From contig NC_058368.1 of the NCBI RefSeq assembly GCF_018350175.1, positions 32,862,001-32,926,000 of the forward strand: a stretch of DNA of 64,000 bases. The letters run 5' to 3'. The position numbers were made by a program, and so were the translations under genes. Position 1 is the stretch's first letter; the number at the start of each line of letters is the position of its first letter. This DNA comes from Felis catus. Taxonomy: Eukaryota. Positions 11,777 through 23,994 of this stretch are shown here, one piece after another. The notes under the pieces are model-generated. The model saw nothing but the letters and a program-made list of their open reading frames with translations, was not told the origin of the DNA and ran no database searches.

Positions 11777-11905
11777 GGGGGCACCAGGTGGCTCAGTCAG
11801 TTGAATGCCCAACCATTGATTTTGGCTCACATTATGACCTCAGGGCTAATATTTTATGTTATTGTTTGTATTTATTTTCTAAAAATAACATTAAAAAAAT
11901 TTTAA
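11777..11905 (+). mobile_element. Internally deleted Can-SINE within a MIR relic
   Basis: SINE head runs to ~11845, then AT-rich and A-tail sequence with the body missing; flanked by MIR-like ttttcagatgtggaaaactaga. Confidence 0.65.
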
Positions 11906-12904
11906 AGCAACTTATTTTAAGTTGGCCAGAATTATTGAAGGACGTTTTCTGTGGTTGTCGTAAATGCTACTTAGAATACAAATTCTTGACTTCGTCTATA
12001 ATTATCAGCTGTTTTATAATGTTACACTAAATTTTCTGTTTTTGAACATCTTAGTTCTCCAATATTTTTAATCTACTCCAGTCAGTTCAGATCTAAAGAA
12101 GTGAACTGTACTGCCATTTGCTTTGCGATGGATCTTCCAGCATCCAAACACTGATGAGTTTCAGAAAACAGGATTGCCAACATTAAAACGAAGGGAATCA
12201 CCCATATGTCAGGAGCTCAACAAAACTAGAAGAGAGAGCTGAGCCACCAGGTGTGGAGTAGCCTATTATAGCAAAAAACCAACATTGGAAGAGATAGGCT
12301 TTTAATCACTTAGAGTGATGGTATAAGCAAGAGTCTAAAACCCGAGAAAGCAGTGGATTTCTCCCCTGTTCAATTTTTCTGCACAGAATGAAACAGTAGT
12401 AGGTGAGGTGAGTCATCTCAGACATGAAGGTCATCTCCTGGTTAAAGGAGACTTGATTAAAGGAGACTTGAACAAAAGGGTCGGGCATTTTATGGAATCT
12501 GAGGTCAGGGGAAAGGGGAGGGGAGAGGCTAGGAGTAGAGAAGTACTGGGTACCGGTGAGAGCAGAAAAGCCCCCTCAAGATTTCCTCTTTCTCTGTTCA
12601 CAAAAAGAACTTGAGCAAAGGTGCCTAAAAAAGGCCTCTGCACAGATCCTCAGAGGAAGAGACCTAGGAATGGAGGCACCAGGACTAAGAGTGAGGGAAA
12701 GAGCATGACCAGCCAGAAGAGCCCGAGTCATGACTACAGCTCCCTTCTGAAAGGACAATGCAGTGGTTGTTCACTGAGTCTGGTGTGGGGAGGACAGCTT
12801 TCCCCTTGAGGCCTGCCAGGCAGAGCCTTTCTAAGCATCTGTGGTCGGGCCTGAAAAGTCATGCATAGATTTTTACACAGGAGCTGGATTCCTCACTGTA
12901 GTAA

Positions 12905-13110
12905 TGACAGTAATAATAGCATAACTTATGACTGGCTCATTATAAGCCAGGTATTGCCCCAGGCACTTTAATTATGTTAACTTCTTTAGTCCTTTTTACA
13001 ATTTTACAAATGTATTATATCAATTCACTATTACTAATGAGGAAACTAAAAAAGTGTGGGAAAAAAAAAAGAACTTACTCAAGGTCGTACAGCTAGCAAA
13101 TGGAGGCATT
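12905..13110 (-). mobile_element. MIR
   Basis: atgaggaaacta...aacttactcaaggtcgtacagctagcaaatggagg (MIR core). Confidence 0.7.
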
Positions 13111-13684
13111 TCAAAGATCATACCTGAAACTTCCTAATCAAGTTTTCTCTGATAGTACCCACTCAACAGAATTTCTTGAATAAAGAGGAATCTGCATAAA
13201 GGAAAGAATTTTTAAAAAATAAACCAGTGGGTCTTCAATGCACTATATTTGTTCTAATGTAACCAAATTGTGTATACATCGATACAGACGAGAATGACAA
13301 ATCTGTAGAAAACTGTATATGTTAAATTTGGAAACACGAATTCACAATTTTCTATTTTTTTATAAGATTCTTCTGGTAGAGTGGTTGCTAACATAATTTT
13401 CTAAATATCACCCAAACATTTTCCTTGGTGAAACATATCTCTGAACATATTTTTGTCATATTGAAGATTCTACCTGGCATTTAGACAGAGGTGAGGCCCC
13501 GTTGAATATGGCAGTATTGAGCAAGCTATGTGAAACAAGACCAGAAGTCTGATTAAGCTGAATGACAGACATCAAAGATGCAGATAGCAAAGAATTTTGC
13601 TTGGAATGACAGACACTGTAAGAAGATGGCACATGTATTTGCCAATTGTTATATGAAACAAAATAGACACCAAAGAATAATATT

Positions 13685-13905
13685 TTTTTTTAATTTTTTT
13701 TTCAACATTTATTTATTTTTGGGACAGAGAGAGACAGAGCATGAACGGGGGAGGGGCAGAGAGAGAGGGAGACACAGAATCGGAAACAGGCTCCAGGCTC
13801 TGAGCCATCAGCCCAGAGCCCGACGCGGGGCTCGAACTCACGGACCGCGAGATCGTGACCTGGCTGAAGTCGGACGCTTAACCGACTGCGCCACCCAGGC
13901 GCCCC
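13685..13905 (-). mobile_element. Very young SINEC_Fc
   Basis: Nearly all CpGs intact; perfect 15-bp TSD ccaaagaataatatt. Confidence 0.97.
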
Positions 13906-14073
13906 CCAAAGAATAATATTAAAAGGAAGTACTCATATTGCAAGTTTGAAAGCAGGAGGACTAGGACAGCAACAGAAGAAAAATGAACACATGAAAGTTT
14001 TCTACACCCCCCAAAATACATGTGGATCATAATCTAAAAAATAATACCACAAAGATCTATAGCTTGAAGAGTC

Positions 14074-14276
14074 TTTTTTAAAAAAATTTTTAATGTTTAT
14101 TTTATTTTTCAGAGAGATAGAGTGTAAGCAGGGGAGGGGTAGAGAAAGAGGGAGACACAGAATCTGAAGCAGGCTCCAGGATTCAAGCTGTCTGCACAGG
14201 CTTGAACTTATGGACTGTGAGATCATAACCTGAGCCGAAGTCAGCCACTCAACCAACTGAGCCACCCAGACAGCCC
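14074..14276 (-). mobile_element. Can-SINE
   Basis: Full layout with a small internal deletion; TSD agcttg(a/g)agagt. Confidence 0.92.
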
Positions 14277-14691
14277 AGAGCTTGGAGAGTTTAAGTGCAG
14301 GAAACCAGTGTCAGAGGCACGGGCTCTAGCCAACATGTATGGGATGACCAGAAAGAATGGCTTGATATTAACTACATCAGCCTCTTCAAAGATAAGAAAG
14401 AGCTTCTTAGATACTCCTTATGAGGGAGAAAAACTAGTGGAGAATGGAGATAATTTTCTCATAGCAAAGTGAAATTACTTATGGCAACATATAAGGTGAT
14501 TTTTCTTTTCTCACAAATGATAACATTGTTTTTTTTTTCTCAAAGTAAAAGTGTGTTTTAGTTTTTACTAAATTTTTAGTAGATTTTTATGTCTTTATGT
14601 TTTTTTTACTAGATTTTTACTAGATTTTACTGCCTTAAGATACTTAAGAGAATTGCAGTCTGCATTTCCCAGGTAAGGAAGTCAAATCCAA

Positions 14692-14735
<44 letters not shown>
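14692..14735. repeat. (AAT)n microsatellite
   Basis: Directly visible. Confidence 0.95.
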
Positions 14736-14736
<1 letters not shown>

Positions 14737-14814
14737 TTATGTGTGTGTATAAATATATTTTTCTTATATCACATATGTGGTTCACAGTAAGATCAAACTC
14801 AAGATTCTAAAGAT

Positions 14815-15297
14815 TGTAGTCCAATATTTTCTTGTGTGACCTAACTTTATTCTGCCCCCCCCCCAATAAATCTGAAAACAGTATTACTTAAGACAGGTAT
14901 TCTCTTTGTCCCTACGTTACAAAATTCTGAGACCAAGAAAAATGAACTTGATTGCTGCCTCAATAGATATGTGCTTGTGAAAGATAAGACTACAAACCAA
15001 TAAACAATATACTTACCAAGATTAATAACCTCTTTTTCTTTAAGATGCTTGCCATGCTGTGGCCACCAAGCCAAAATTATTATGTCATGAATTCTGATCA
15101 ACCTCAACCAGTCCCCTTCCATGTAAGATCCTTCCTAAAAATACCAAGTCCAGGTTCTAAAATTCTATAAAGATCATCATCTAATTTCCCAAAAAGGGAG
15201 CTTCTAAATTTCTGTCAAAGTGGTGCTCACTCTCACTGCAGTAGGTCTACTAAATTAGTTTGCCTATTCAACATATTTTTTTAATGTTTTTATTTAT

Positions 15298-15329
<32 letters not shown>

Positions 15330-15531
15330 CAAGTGTAGGAGGGTCAGAGAGATAGGGAGAGAGAGAATCCCAAGCAGGCTCTGTGCTGTCAGGGTGGAGC
15401 CTGAGGTGGGACTTCATCTTACTAACCTTGAGCTGAAACCAAGAGTGCAGATGCTTAACTGACTGAGCCATCCAAGAGCCCTGCCTATTCAACAGATTTT
15501 AATAATTATATTTGAGAAATCCAGTATTACA
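14815..15531 (+). mobile_element. MER90/MER110-like ERV1 solo LTR, interrupted by a SINE
   Basis: ttctgtcaaagtggtgctcactctcactgcagtaggtctactaaattagtttgcc and a terminal ..TTACA resemble the MER90/110 R-U5 region. Confidence 0.55.
15276..15481 (-). mobile_element. Can-SINE
   Basis: Full SINE; TSD tgcctattcaaca. Confidence 0.92.
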
Positions 15532-18278
15532 GCCATTACATAATTTTATTTATTTTAGTTTTTTTTTTTCTAATTTGAGAACTTATGGTTCAAAAAACTT
15601 TTAACTTCCTTGCTTAAGGTCACAGATACAGCAAGTTGAGAAGCCTGCACTGAAATCCTATTCCTTCATTTTCCAATGGCCATCATCTTCGCATAACTTG
15701 AAATTGACTTCATCTAGAAACACTTCAATGCTTGCTTATTCTTGGTACTTTTTCCATTGTTTTTCCATCAGATGTAAGCTTGGGTAACATAGAATTTTAA
15801 ATGGCCTTTGGATGGGTGGAACTATAAAGCTAAATATTCAGATGTGCTATATGAACAAGTTATCTGAACCAAAAAAAAAATATTCAAAATAAAGATGGGT
15901 ATATTAAAAAAGAATAATGATTGAAATACTTGATATCTATAGAAGATAACTCAGGATTTATTTTGTTTCTTGGGTAACACTCTATTTTAAAAACATATTT
16001 TATATTCTGAAAATTAGTGTCATTTTTGAACATCTGATGATATTAACAACTCAGTTTTAAGCTGAGAACTCAGAATAACCTTTTAACTGAAGCTAAGAGC
16101 GTTCAAACAGAGACTCTGAATAACTCCAATTTGTCTTTGAACACAACCTTTGCAGAATGAACACAAAAATGCTCCCAGGCTCCCTTCCTATCCCTTTATC
16201 ATGGATGAATGACTTAAAGATCACATCATCACAAGCTTCAGAAGCAGCCTTTAACTTTTAACTGCTAAAAACCTGCTCAGTTTTAGATGATGTATGCAGA
16301 ATTTCCATTGATTTCAGGGAATAAATACATTATATAAAAATTAATTTTACCAGAACAGTGAATGAGAGACGGAGCAGATTCAAAGGGGCCACATACATTT
16401 CTTCTCTTTTAATCTATGAAAATGTGAACTGGTTTTTTTTTTTCAGATTTTAGTAAACTCAAATGGCTAATGTAATAGATTTACTATTATTAAAATAAGT
16501 TAATGGTAAATTATATAGAACTGGCCAATAAATAATATTTATCTTTAGCATTCTTTATCTATAAATATTAAATTTATCTATAAATATTAAAATTTCTCTG
16601 AGATATTTTTATTGTGAATGTATATACATGTCCATTATGATCTTTATAAATAGAGTAATTCTGGTATTTTTGTGAGCTTGTTTTGTTGTTGGCTCAAGCC
16701 CTGCTCTTAAACTGCCTGTGAAAAAGTAGTTGTTTAGATTGTATTTGTTGAATTAGTTAAATAGAAAATAAAATATAAAATTAGTTTCTATATATCAGCT
16801 GAATAAAATACTTGAGAAACACTGATTAAATGTAGATCCTTAGCCTTTTATTTTCCTTTTAAGTATCAAGCACGTTTGTCATTTTGATAGATTTTCATGA
16901 AACTCATAATTTAATATGGGACTTTCAATTGAGGGTCAGAATCTAAATATAAGTCCTATTTTCCTCAGTATTATTAATGTTTTAATGTATTTTCTAGTTG
17001 AAAGGAAACATCAGAATAGATCAAATCTAAAAACAAACAAGCATGCAATGATCAACTTTAATGTCCTGCAATAATAATACAAGATAAATGCAGGAGAAAA
17101 AATAGAGAAGACAAAAGCATGCAGGCGATATTGTGATTGTTGGATTCTAAATAAAGAAAATGATAGAATAGACTGAAATTTTAAGGGATGAAACTTCAAT
17201 AGATATTGTGAATCTTGTTTGTCAATAATGCATTATAGGTCTAATTTTCTCCTTTCTGAATAATATTTGCCTAAAAGAATAAAACACTTTTATGTGTCTG
17301 GTACTGCACTGTGCTATTATTCATATCAATTTAAATTTGTTTTTATTCCATAAATCTGTTACTTAGATATGCAGAATGTTTTTATTATGATTAAGATAAC
17401 TGATTGCTTTGGAAGTAGCAGTTAAACAGCATCATGCAGTAGCTGAAGATTTAGGAAAGAAACCATTTAAAATTGGCTTAGGTTATATTATAAAGTATAA
17501 TAAGTATCAAGAAATCTAAACATGAGCCTCTAAGAAAAATGATCAGAGAGTTACCCACTTTCTGCAGAATGATATAGGGAATTAATAAACACTTGTATAA
17601 TTTTCTGAGAAGATAACTGAGTACAAGAAACCCAGGTCATGGGAAACTAAATGCAAAATTGCAAAGTCTGAATATTTTAAGTTTTTAATGATTTATTGTT
17701 GCCTTCATTAAATTACCTTGAAATCTATATTACTATTAGTCTTCATGTTAAAAGATTGGCACGCACACACACATACACACACACACACACACACAAAGTT
17801 GCTGTTGATTTTTTTATTCTTAAGTTTTACAGATTTATTTTTTAGATCAAGAACATGTGTTTATGTCATTAATGCGCTTTCTTTTCAAAGTTGTCATGAT
17901 AACCATTGATATCTATGCTTAATGAATAAAAAAGTATTTTTTCTTACCTATGCTAATGTAATGTCTCACTTTTTAAAAAACAAATTGTTTTGCTTTTATT
18001 ATTAGTGTGCTGTCTTTGGGGAAGAATATGTGCATTTGTGTGTGTGCACATGTGTGTATATATATATGTACACATATTTGTGTGTATTTATATATATTCA
18101 TATGAATGAATATATGAATGAATGGTTTATGTGTATATATATTCATTGATTTCCTTAACTAGAATATCATCTGCATTTCAAATTATTTCTTGCAATGTTA
18201 CATAAAAATAATTGCATATAATTATGAACATTATTCTATCCTTCAAGGATATACAGTAGTTTATTTGGAAAAATTGCA

Positions 18279-18499
18279 TTTTTTAAAAAATGTTTATTTA
18301 TTTATTTTGAGAGAGGGAGAGAGAGAGCACACGTGGGCAGGTAAGGTGCAGAGAGAGAGGGAGAAAGAGAATCCCAAGCAGATTCTGCTGGCAGAGCAGA
18401 ACCCAATATGGAGCTCGATCTCACAAACTGGGAGATCACGCCCTGAGCCGAAATTAGGGATCAGACACTTAACTAACTGACTGAGTCACCCAGGTGCCT
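18279..18499 (-). mobile_element. Can-SINE (older)
   Basis: Full SINE; TSD attgcattttt. Confidence 0.9.
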
Positions 18500-19442
18500 G
18501 GAGATTGCATTTTTAAGGTGCTTTTATTTGTTCAACATTATAAATGAAACCAATAATATTACACTAAATGCTTGTATCTCTTGTATCTTTTTGTATCTTT
18601 TACCTTATGATATTCTCTCAAGGTCAGGTTTTTTTAGTTTTTATTAGAATATTCAGAAAATGCATAGAGGTTGCATTGATAAAATATGTGTTTGACATCG
18701 TGAATATAATTAACAGGTTAATAAAATGAATGTACTGTTTTCAGCAGGTATAAATTAACTTTACTATTCATATTTTAGTAAAAGTTCCATATATCCACCT
18801 GACATATGCAATTGAAAGTGCATATGCCTATCTTATATATCATATATATGCATATATATATATACACACATATTTGTATAGCTTACAAAGAGGAAAATGT
18901 CTCCTTTTAAGTATCCAATGAATATATTTTAAATGACAATCTCCATAAATTTAAAGTAACATTTTTCATATGGTAGAAATAATTCAGCAACATTCTCCAG
19001 ATTATTTTATTCAATTGATATGTAAATAAAAATTTAAATAAGAAAAAAATACTTTGTAATTTTAAAGTTGCCTTTAAAATAATTTTGCATTAAAAAGAGT
19101 GAACAAAATTTTAACAAATATAAGCAGTATAAATTATAAAAAATATAAAATATTAAACCATTTTGGATCTAGACAAAGTTGTGCTCTGAGCTAAATTCAC
19201 CATATTTTCCTGTTGCCAAACAAAACATGGTACTTTTAGTTCCTTTATTTTTTTTTGCAACTCTCATTATATTTATACAATAGAGATATTTTACCCTTGT
19301 CATTATTTTAATTAATTATATTTCTTCTGTTTTATGCTCCACTATTTAGCTTGTTAAAATCTGTAAATAGAGATATAGTGCCTAACTCCTTAGATGATGC
19401 ACATAGTGATTATAACAATGCTTAGAATGATTACAGCTTTCA

Positions 19443-19661
19443 GGGGCGCCTGGGTGGCGCAGTCGGTTAAGCATCCGACTTCAGCCAGGTCACGATCTCA
19501 CGGTCCGTGAGTTCGAGCCCCGCGTCGGGCTCTGGGCTGATGGCTCAGAGCCTGGAGCCTGTTTCCGATTCTGTGTCTCCCTCTCTCTCTGCCCCTCCCC
19601 CGTTCATGCTCTGTCTCTCTCTGTCCCAAAAATAAATAAACGTTGAAAAAAAATTAAAAAA
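19443..19661 (+). mobile_element. Very young SINEC_Fc
   Basis: Differs from the 13685-13905 copy at only about 3 CpG-site positions plus A-run length; TSD aatg(a/t)ttacagctttca. Confidence 0.97.
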
Positions 19662-19966
19662 AAATGTTTACAGCTTTCAGTAAATATTTGCTATTTATTA
19701 ATTTGAAGTAAAATAACATTTAGACATACATGTTATAGTTAGCTGCTTAGCATGCTGATTAAATATCCTTTAAACCAAATGTGATATATTCTAAATCTTC
19801 CTGTAACTATGAATTATTTACCTTTATGAATTAAGACATATTTGGATAAAATGGGAACTAATTTGTGTCTTAAATATTTGTCATCACAATTCTGTAGATA
19901 TTATACTACTGTGTGCACACACATATATACATGCATATTTACAAATATTTTATGTATGTATGTATA

Positions 19967-19998
<32 letters not shown>

Positions 19999-20092
19999 AA
20001 ATACAAATACTATGTTAGGAGTCCATCTTGGGCTTGCTTCTTTGTAAGTAATTAAGATTTCATGTCCATAAAATAAATAGAGTTTAGAATTT

Positions 20093-20327
20093 TATTTTTT
20101 TGGTTTATTTATTTATTTTTTTTGTTTTTTCATTTATTTTTGAGACAGAGAGAGACAGAGCATGAACGGGGGAGGGGCAGAGAGAGAGGGAGACACAGAA
20201 TCAGAAGCAGGTTCCAGACTCTGAGCCATCAGCCCAGAGCCTGACGCGGGTCTCGAACTCACGGGCCCCGAGATCGTGACCTGAGCTGAAGTCCGACGCT
20301 TAACCGACTGAGCCACCCAGGCGCCCC
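20093..20327 (-). mobile_element. Young SINEC_Fc-type
   Basis: CpG-rich full SINE; TSD tagagtttagaatttt. Confidence 0.96.
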
Positions 20328-20797
20328 TAGAGTTTAGAATTTTAAAATTTATATTTTAAAATATAAAATATGTTTATATTTTAAAATATGTAATATATAT
20401 GATATATATTAGTATATATTTGTATTATATGTATATATTATATATGTAATATATATGATATATGTATATTATATAATGTAATAATAATTATATTGGGGTT
20501 TAGAGTTTTAAATTTTATGCATATAACATTTTACTACTAATAAAACTTGTAATTTTATTCAAATGATAGAGGATTTTGGGGGGCAATAGCTTCCTGTTAA
20601 TGATTTTCTCTTACATGAAAAATTTTGTGTTCACACTAGGGCTTTTTACAGAATAAGGTAGTTGACAATCATCATCATCACGATAACTACCTTATATTCT
20701 TTCATCTTTTTGCTTCAATGTTTTTAGGAATGGCCATGATCCAAAAAGTAATTTAGAATTTTGTCTTTTGATATCCATTTCTGTTATTTATCCATCA

Positions 20798-20848
20798 TTA
20801 TTTTATTTTATTTTATTTTATTTTATTTTATTTTATTTTATTTTATTT
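20798..20848. repeat. (ATTTT)n microsatellite
   Basis: Directly visible. Confidence 0.95.
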
Positions 20849-21722
20849 CTAGTGCCCCCATGAAACCAGGAGAGCCTCTTAGGTTTGTCTATATACTATG
20901 GATTTGATTTTACACTGAAACAAATTTTTACCTCAATAAAGATTTAAAATGTTGGTAATATTACTATAAATTCACAATTCTTTTGTTATATTCTGAAAAT
21001 TTTCTTCATCTTAAGGTTTTCTTTCTTTCTTCTTAATTCTTAAAAATATTTTTTTGCTTTCTCTCAGAGATATTTTTGTGTACTTCACTGATGTATGCAT
21101 AAAAAGATCTTGTGCATGAACATACTTTTCCTTGGTTAGCTAAGGAAATAGCCAAGTGACTATATTTAATAAAATAATAAAAACTCTGTAGGTCTCACTC
21201 ATAGAATATAATGTGATGGGTACTTGGTAGTTTAGACAAGCTAAAGAAATGTGTGTCTCTTCATCTTCTGTTTGTTGATAAGAAGTAAAATTTTAAAACC
21301 CAGTCACATTCATTTTCTCTTATGAAGCAATCCAGATTTCACAGCCGGGCCTAGACATATTTCTTGTAGGCCACTCTGTCCTGCCTTTTGAATAATCAAT
21401 GTTCTCCTCTATTCAGACTGACTGATGACTAATTACTGTTGGACATATGTGAGTGGCAGCGTTATCTTTCTTGAAATATTTAAAAGTGTATGGTAAATTT
21501 ATTGCAAGAGACTACCAGATTACATGACAGTTACCCCCAAATGCATCATCTTATGATATCTGTTTTTTTTCTGTAATCTGAAAGATGGTTTCTTGACATA
21601 TGAAAATAAGTGATCTATAAGCTTCTCCCTGACTTATATGACTGACACTGAACTCTTATTGTAGCTTTTTACCCTTTGTGTTAAGTGAAATGAATTTTCA
21701 CTTTTAAAGTGACAGGCAGCTA

Positions 21723-21927
21723 GGGGTGCCTGGGTGGCTCAATCAGTTAAGCTTCAGACTTCAGCTCAGGTCATGATCTCATGGTTTGTGGGTTCGAGTC
21801 CTGCACTGGGCTGTATGCTGACAGCTCAGAGCCTGGAGCCTGCTTCGGATTCTGTGTCTCCCTCTTTCTTTGCCCCTCCCACTCATGTTCTGTCTCTCTA
21901 TCTCTCTCTCAAAAATAAATAAAGATT
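21723..21927 (+). mobile_element. Can-SINE (SINEC_Fc-type)
   Basis: Full SINE; TSD aaagtgacagg(ca/tg)gcta. Confidence 0.94.
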
Positions 21928-22950
21928 AAAGTGACAGGTGGCTAGTAGTTTCACATTTTTGGTTTGGGGATATTTGAAGAAGAGAAAAAAAGTAATTTAT
22001 GTGTTACAAAAAGAGAAAATATGTCATATGTTTAGTTTATAACTAAATATAGTAGCAAATAGTATTTGGTAGAAGAGGCCAATGTTTTTGAAATATGGGA
22101 CTTCTAAGGTGACAGAATGACCAATTACATCCAAATAAAATGAGGAATATTAATATAAATTTCTCTGTTACATGCTTTCTCACCTTATTGTCCTTAGTCT
22201 TTAATATATTCAATTTCTTCTTTTGTCTCCCCTCAGCCTTACTTTTCATAAGCTTAGAGGTGATTTTATATATTCTTTCTCTTTTGCACTTTTCTTATCT
22301 TGAAGAAAGAACAATGTATAATCAGGGATTCTTAACAGAAAGAATACCTGGCTATCCATTATTGTGCTAGCAGATAAGTGTGGTAATAGAATATTATCCC
22401 TGGATACACTCCTGAAAGACAAATTCAAACACCTAGCTCAGAGTCCCCTTTTCAGTGCTTAGTAACATGCATCCAGTACTGGTATAATGAATTGCAGGTT
22501 TGTTTTCTACCCTAACATATATCTCTGCCATGCTGAGTAATGGGGTATTGATAAAACTATAACCCTTAGAATGTATTCCTTCCAGGATATTCATCTTTTT
22601 GTTTTCTGCCCAAAGTATTGTTTGAGCTACAATTTCCAGGTTATAACAATTCTAGTTCCTTATCATATACATGCACTACATAAGTATCACTTTATATTCT
22701 TCTTCTAGGTGTCTTTAGAATATAGAATGAGAGACATATGAGATTATGGGGATGTGTTTCTTAATTCTTTTAGTGACTGGCTGAGAGAGATTATATGAGG
22801 AAATTTTCATACTAAAGTAGACAGTAATTCATCATGTTCTTGTTAAATTCATAATATTGTGTGTATAACATACAAAACTTTAGAGAGAAATTAATTAATC
22901 TAGATAATTCTAATGAATATAGAAAACATGAGGTATTTAAAATAATATTC

Positions 22951-23163
22951 TTTTTTTTTTTAACATTTTATTTATTTTTGAGACAGTGAGAGACAGAGCA
23001 TGAACAGGGGAGGGTCAGAGAGAGGGAGACACAGAATCCGAAACAGGCTCCAGGCTCTGAGCTGTCAGCACAGAGCCCGACGCGGGGCTCGAACTCACAG
23101 ACTGCGAGATCATGACCTGAGCCGAAGTCGGCCGCTTAACCGACTGAGCCACCCAGGCGCCCC
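22951..23163 (-). mobile_element. Young SINEC_Fc-type
   Basis: CpG-rich; TSD taaaataatattcttt. Confidence 0.96.
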
Positions 23164-23788
23164 TAAAATAATATTCTTTAATAATAGAAATTTTCTTAAC
23201 AATTGTCGATTTGAACAAATAAGTTCCATTTTTAGGCAACTGTGTGAAAATATAAAACTCTATAAAATATCTTATTTTTAAAAGTTTTTGAGTACTAATA
23301 ATGAAGAAATCAAAAATCCTAAGAGAGGAATAATTGTGAATGTTAATACATAGATAAGAAGAGGAGTGATTAATGATTAAAAAAATGAAAGCAACCAAGA
23401 AAATCTTTAAAAATTATGGACAAAAAAGAGGCAATTTTTCTTTCTATATAATCTTAGAACATCCTGCCATATGTGTATACAAAGAGAAATTTTAACTTAG
23501 TCAGTGGTAAGACATTCCCTCTTAGAACTATTCTACTACCTTATTTTTTAGAATGATATGCACCCATATGTTTATCTTAAAAAGTCTCTTTTTCCTTTTT
23601 AGTCCTTTTTAGAAATGTAGCCATTTAGCCACTTATTTAATTCTACTCTGTTGTCACTTTTATCTTAAATTTGAGACTTTATATATATTTTGATCTCTAT
23701 TTCTGTGTAGAAAATACTCTGAAAAAAACACTAATGTGCAAAACTAACACCAATTCATATTATACACACACTCACACACACACACATT

Positions 23789-23994
23789 TATGTATGTATG
23801 TATGTATGTATGTATGTATTTTTGAGAGAGAGAGTGGAAGCAGGGGAGAGGGAGGGAGAGGGCAACAGAGAGGATCCACAGTGGCTCTGTGCTCACAGCA
23901 GAGAGCCCAACTTGGGGCTCAAACTCATGAACCACGAGATCATGACCTGAGGCAAAGTTGGATGTTCAAACAACTGAGCCACCCAGGTGGCTCC
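23789..23994 (-). mobile_element. Can-SINE with tail converted to (ATGT)n
   Basis: SINE body at 23820-23994 preceded by (TATG)n. Confidence 0.88.

Larger units (their letters stand above)
13490..14320 (+). mobile_element. Putative ancient RTE-clade (L4/RTE-X-like) LINE C-terminal relic, split by two SINEs
   Basis: After removing the SINEs, mixed frames give VRP/VEYGS..LNDRHQRC..RIL..AWNDR..YMKQNRHQRIILKG..., resembling RTE PxLxYGSE..LxxFHxRCLRxIL.IxWxDR..RMxxxRxPKxILxG. Confidence 0.35.

Noticed and set aside
12290..12900. Purine-rich, GC-elevated segment that may be an ancient LTR
   Set aside because: No recognisable termini, TSD or family motif, so it is not listed as a feature.
16030..16125. 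TGATGA...CTGA box C/D snoRNA-like motifs
   Set aside because: No terminal stem, no recognisable rRNA guide, and such short motifs are expected by chance.
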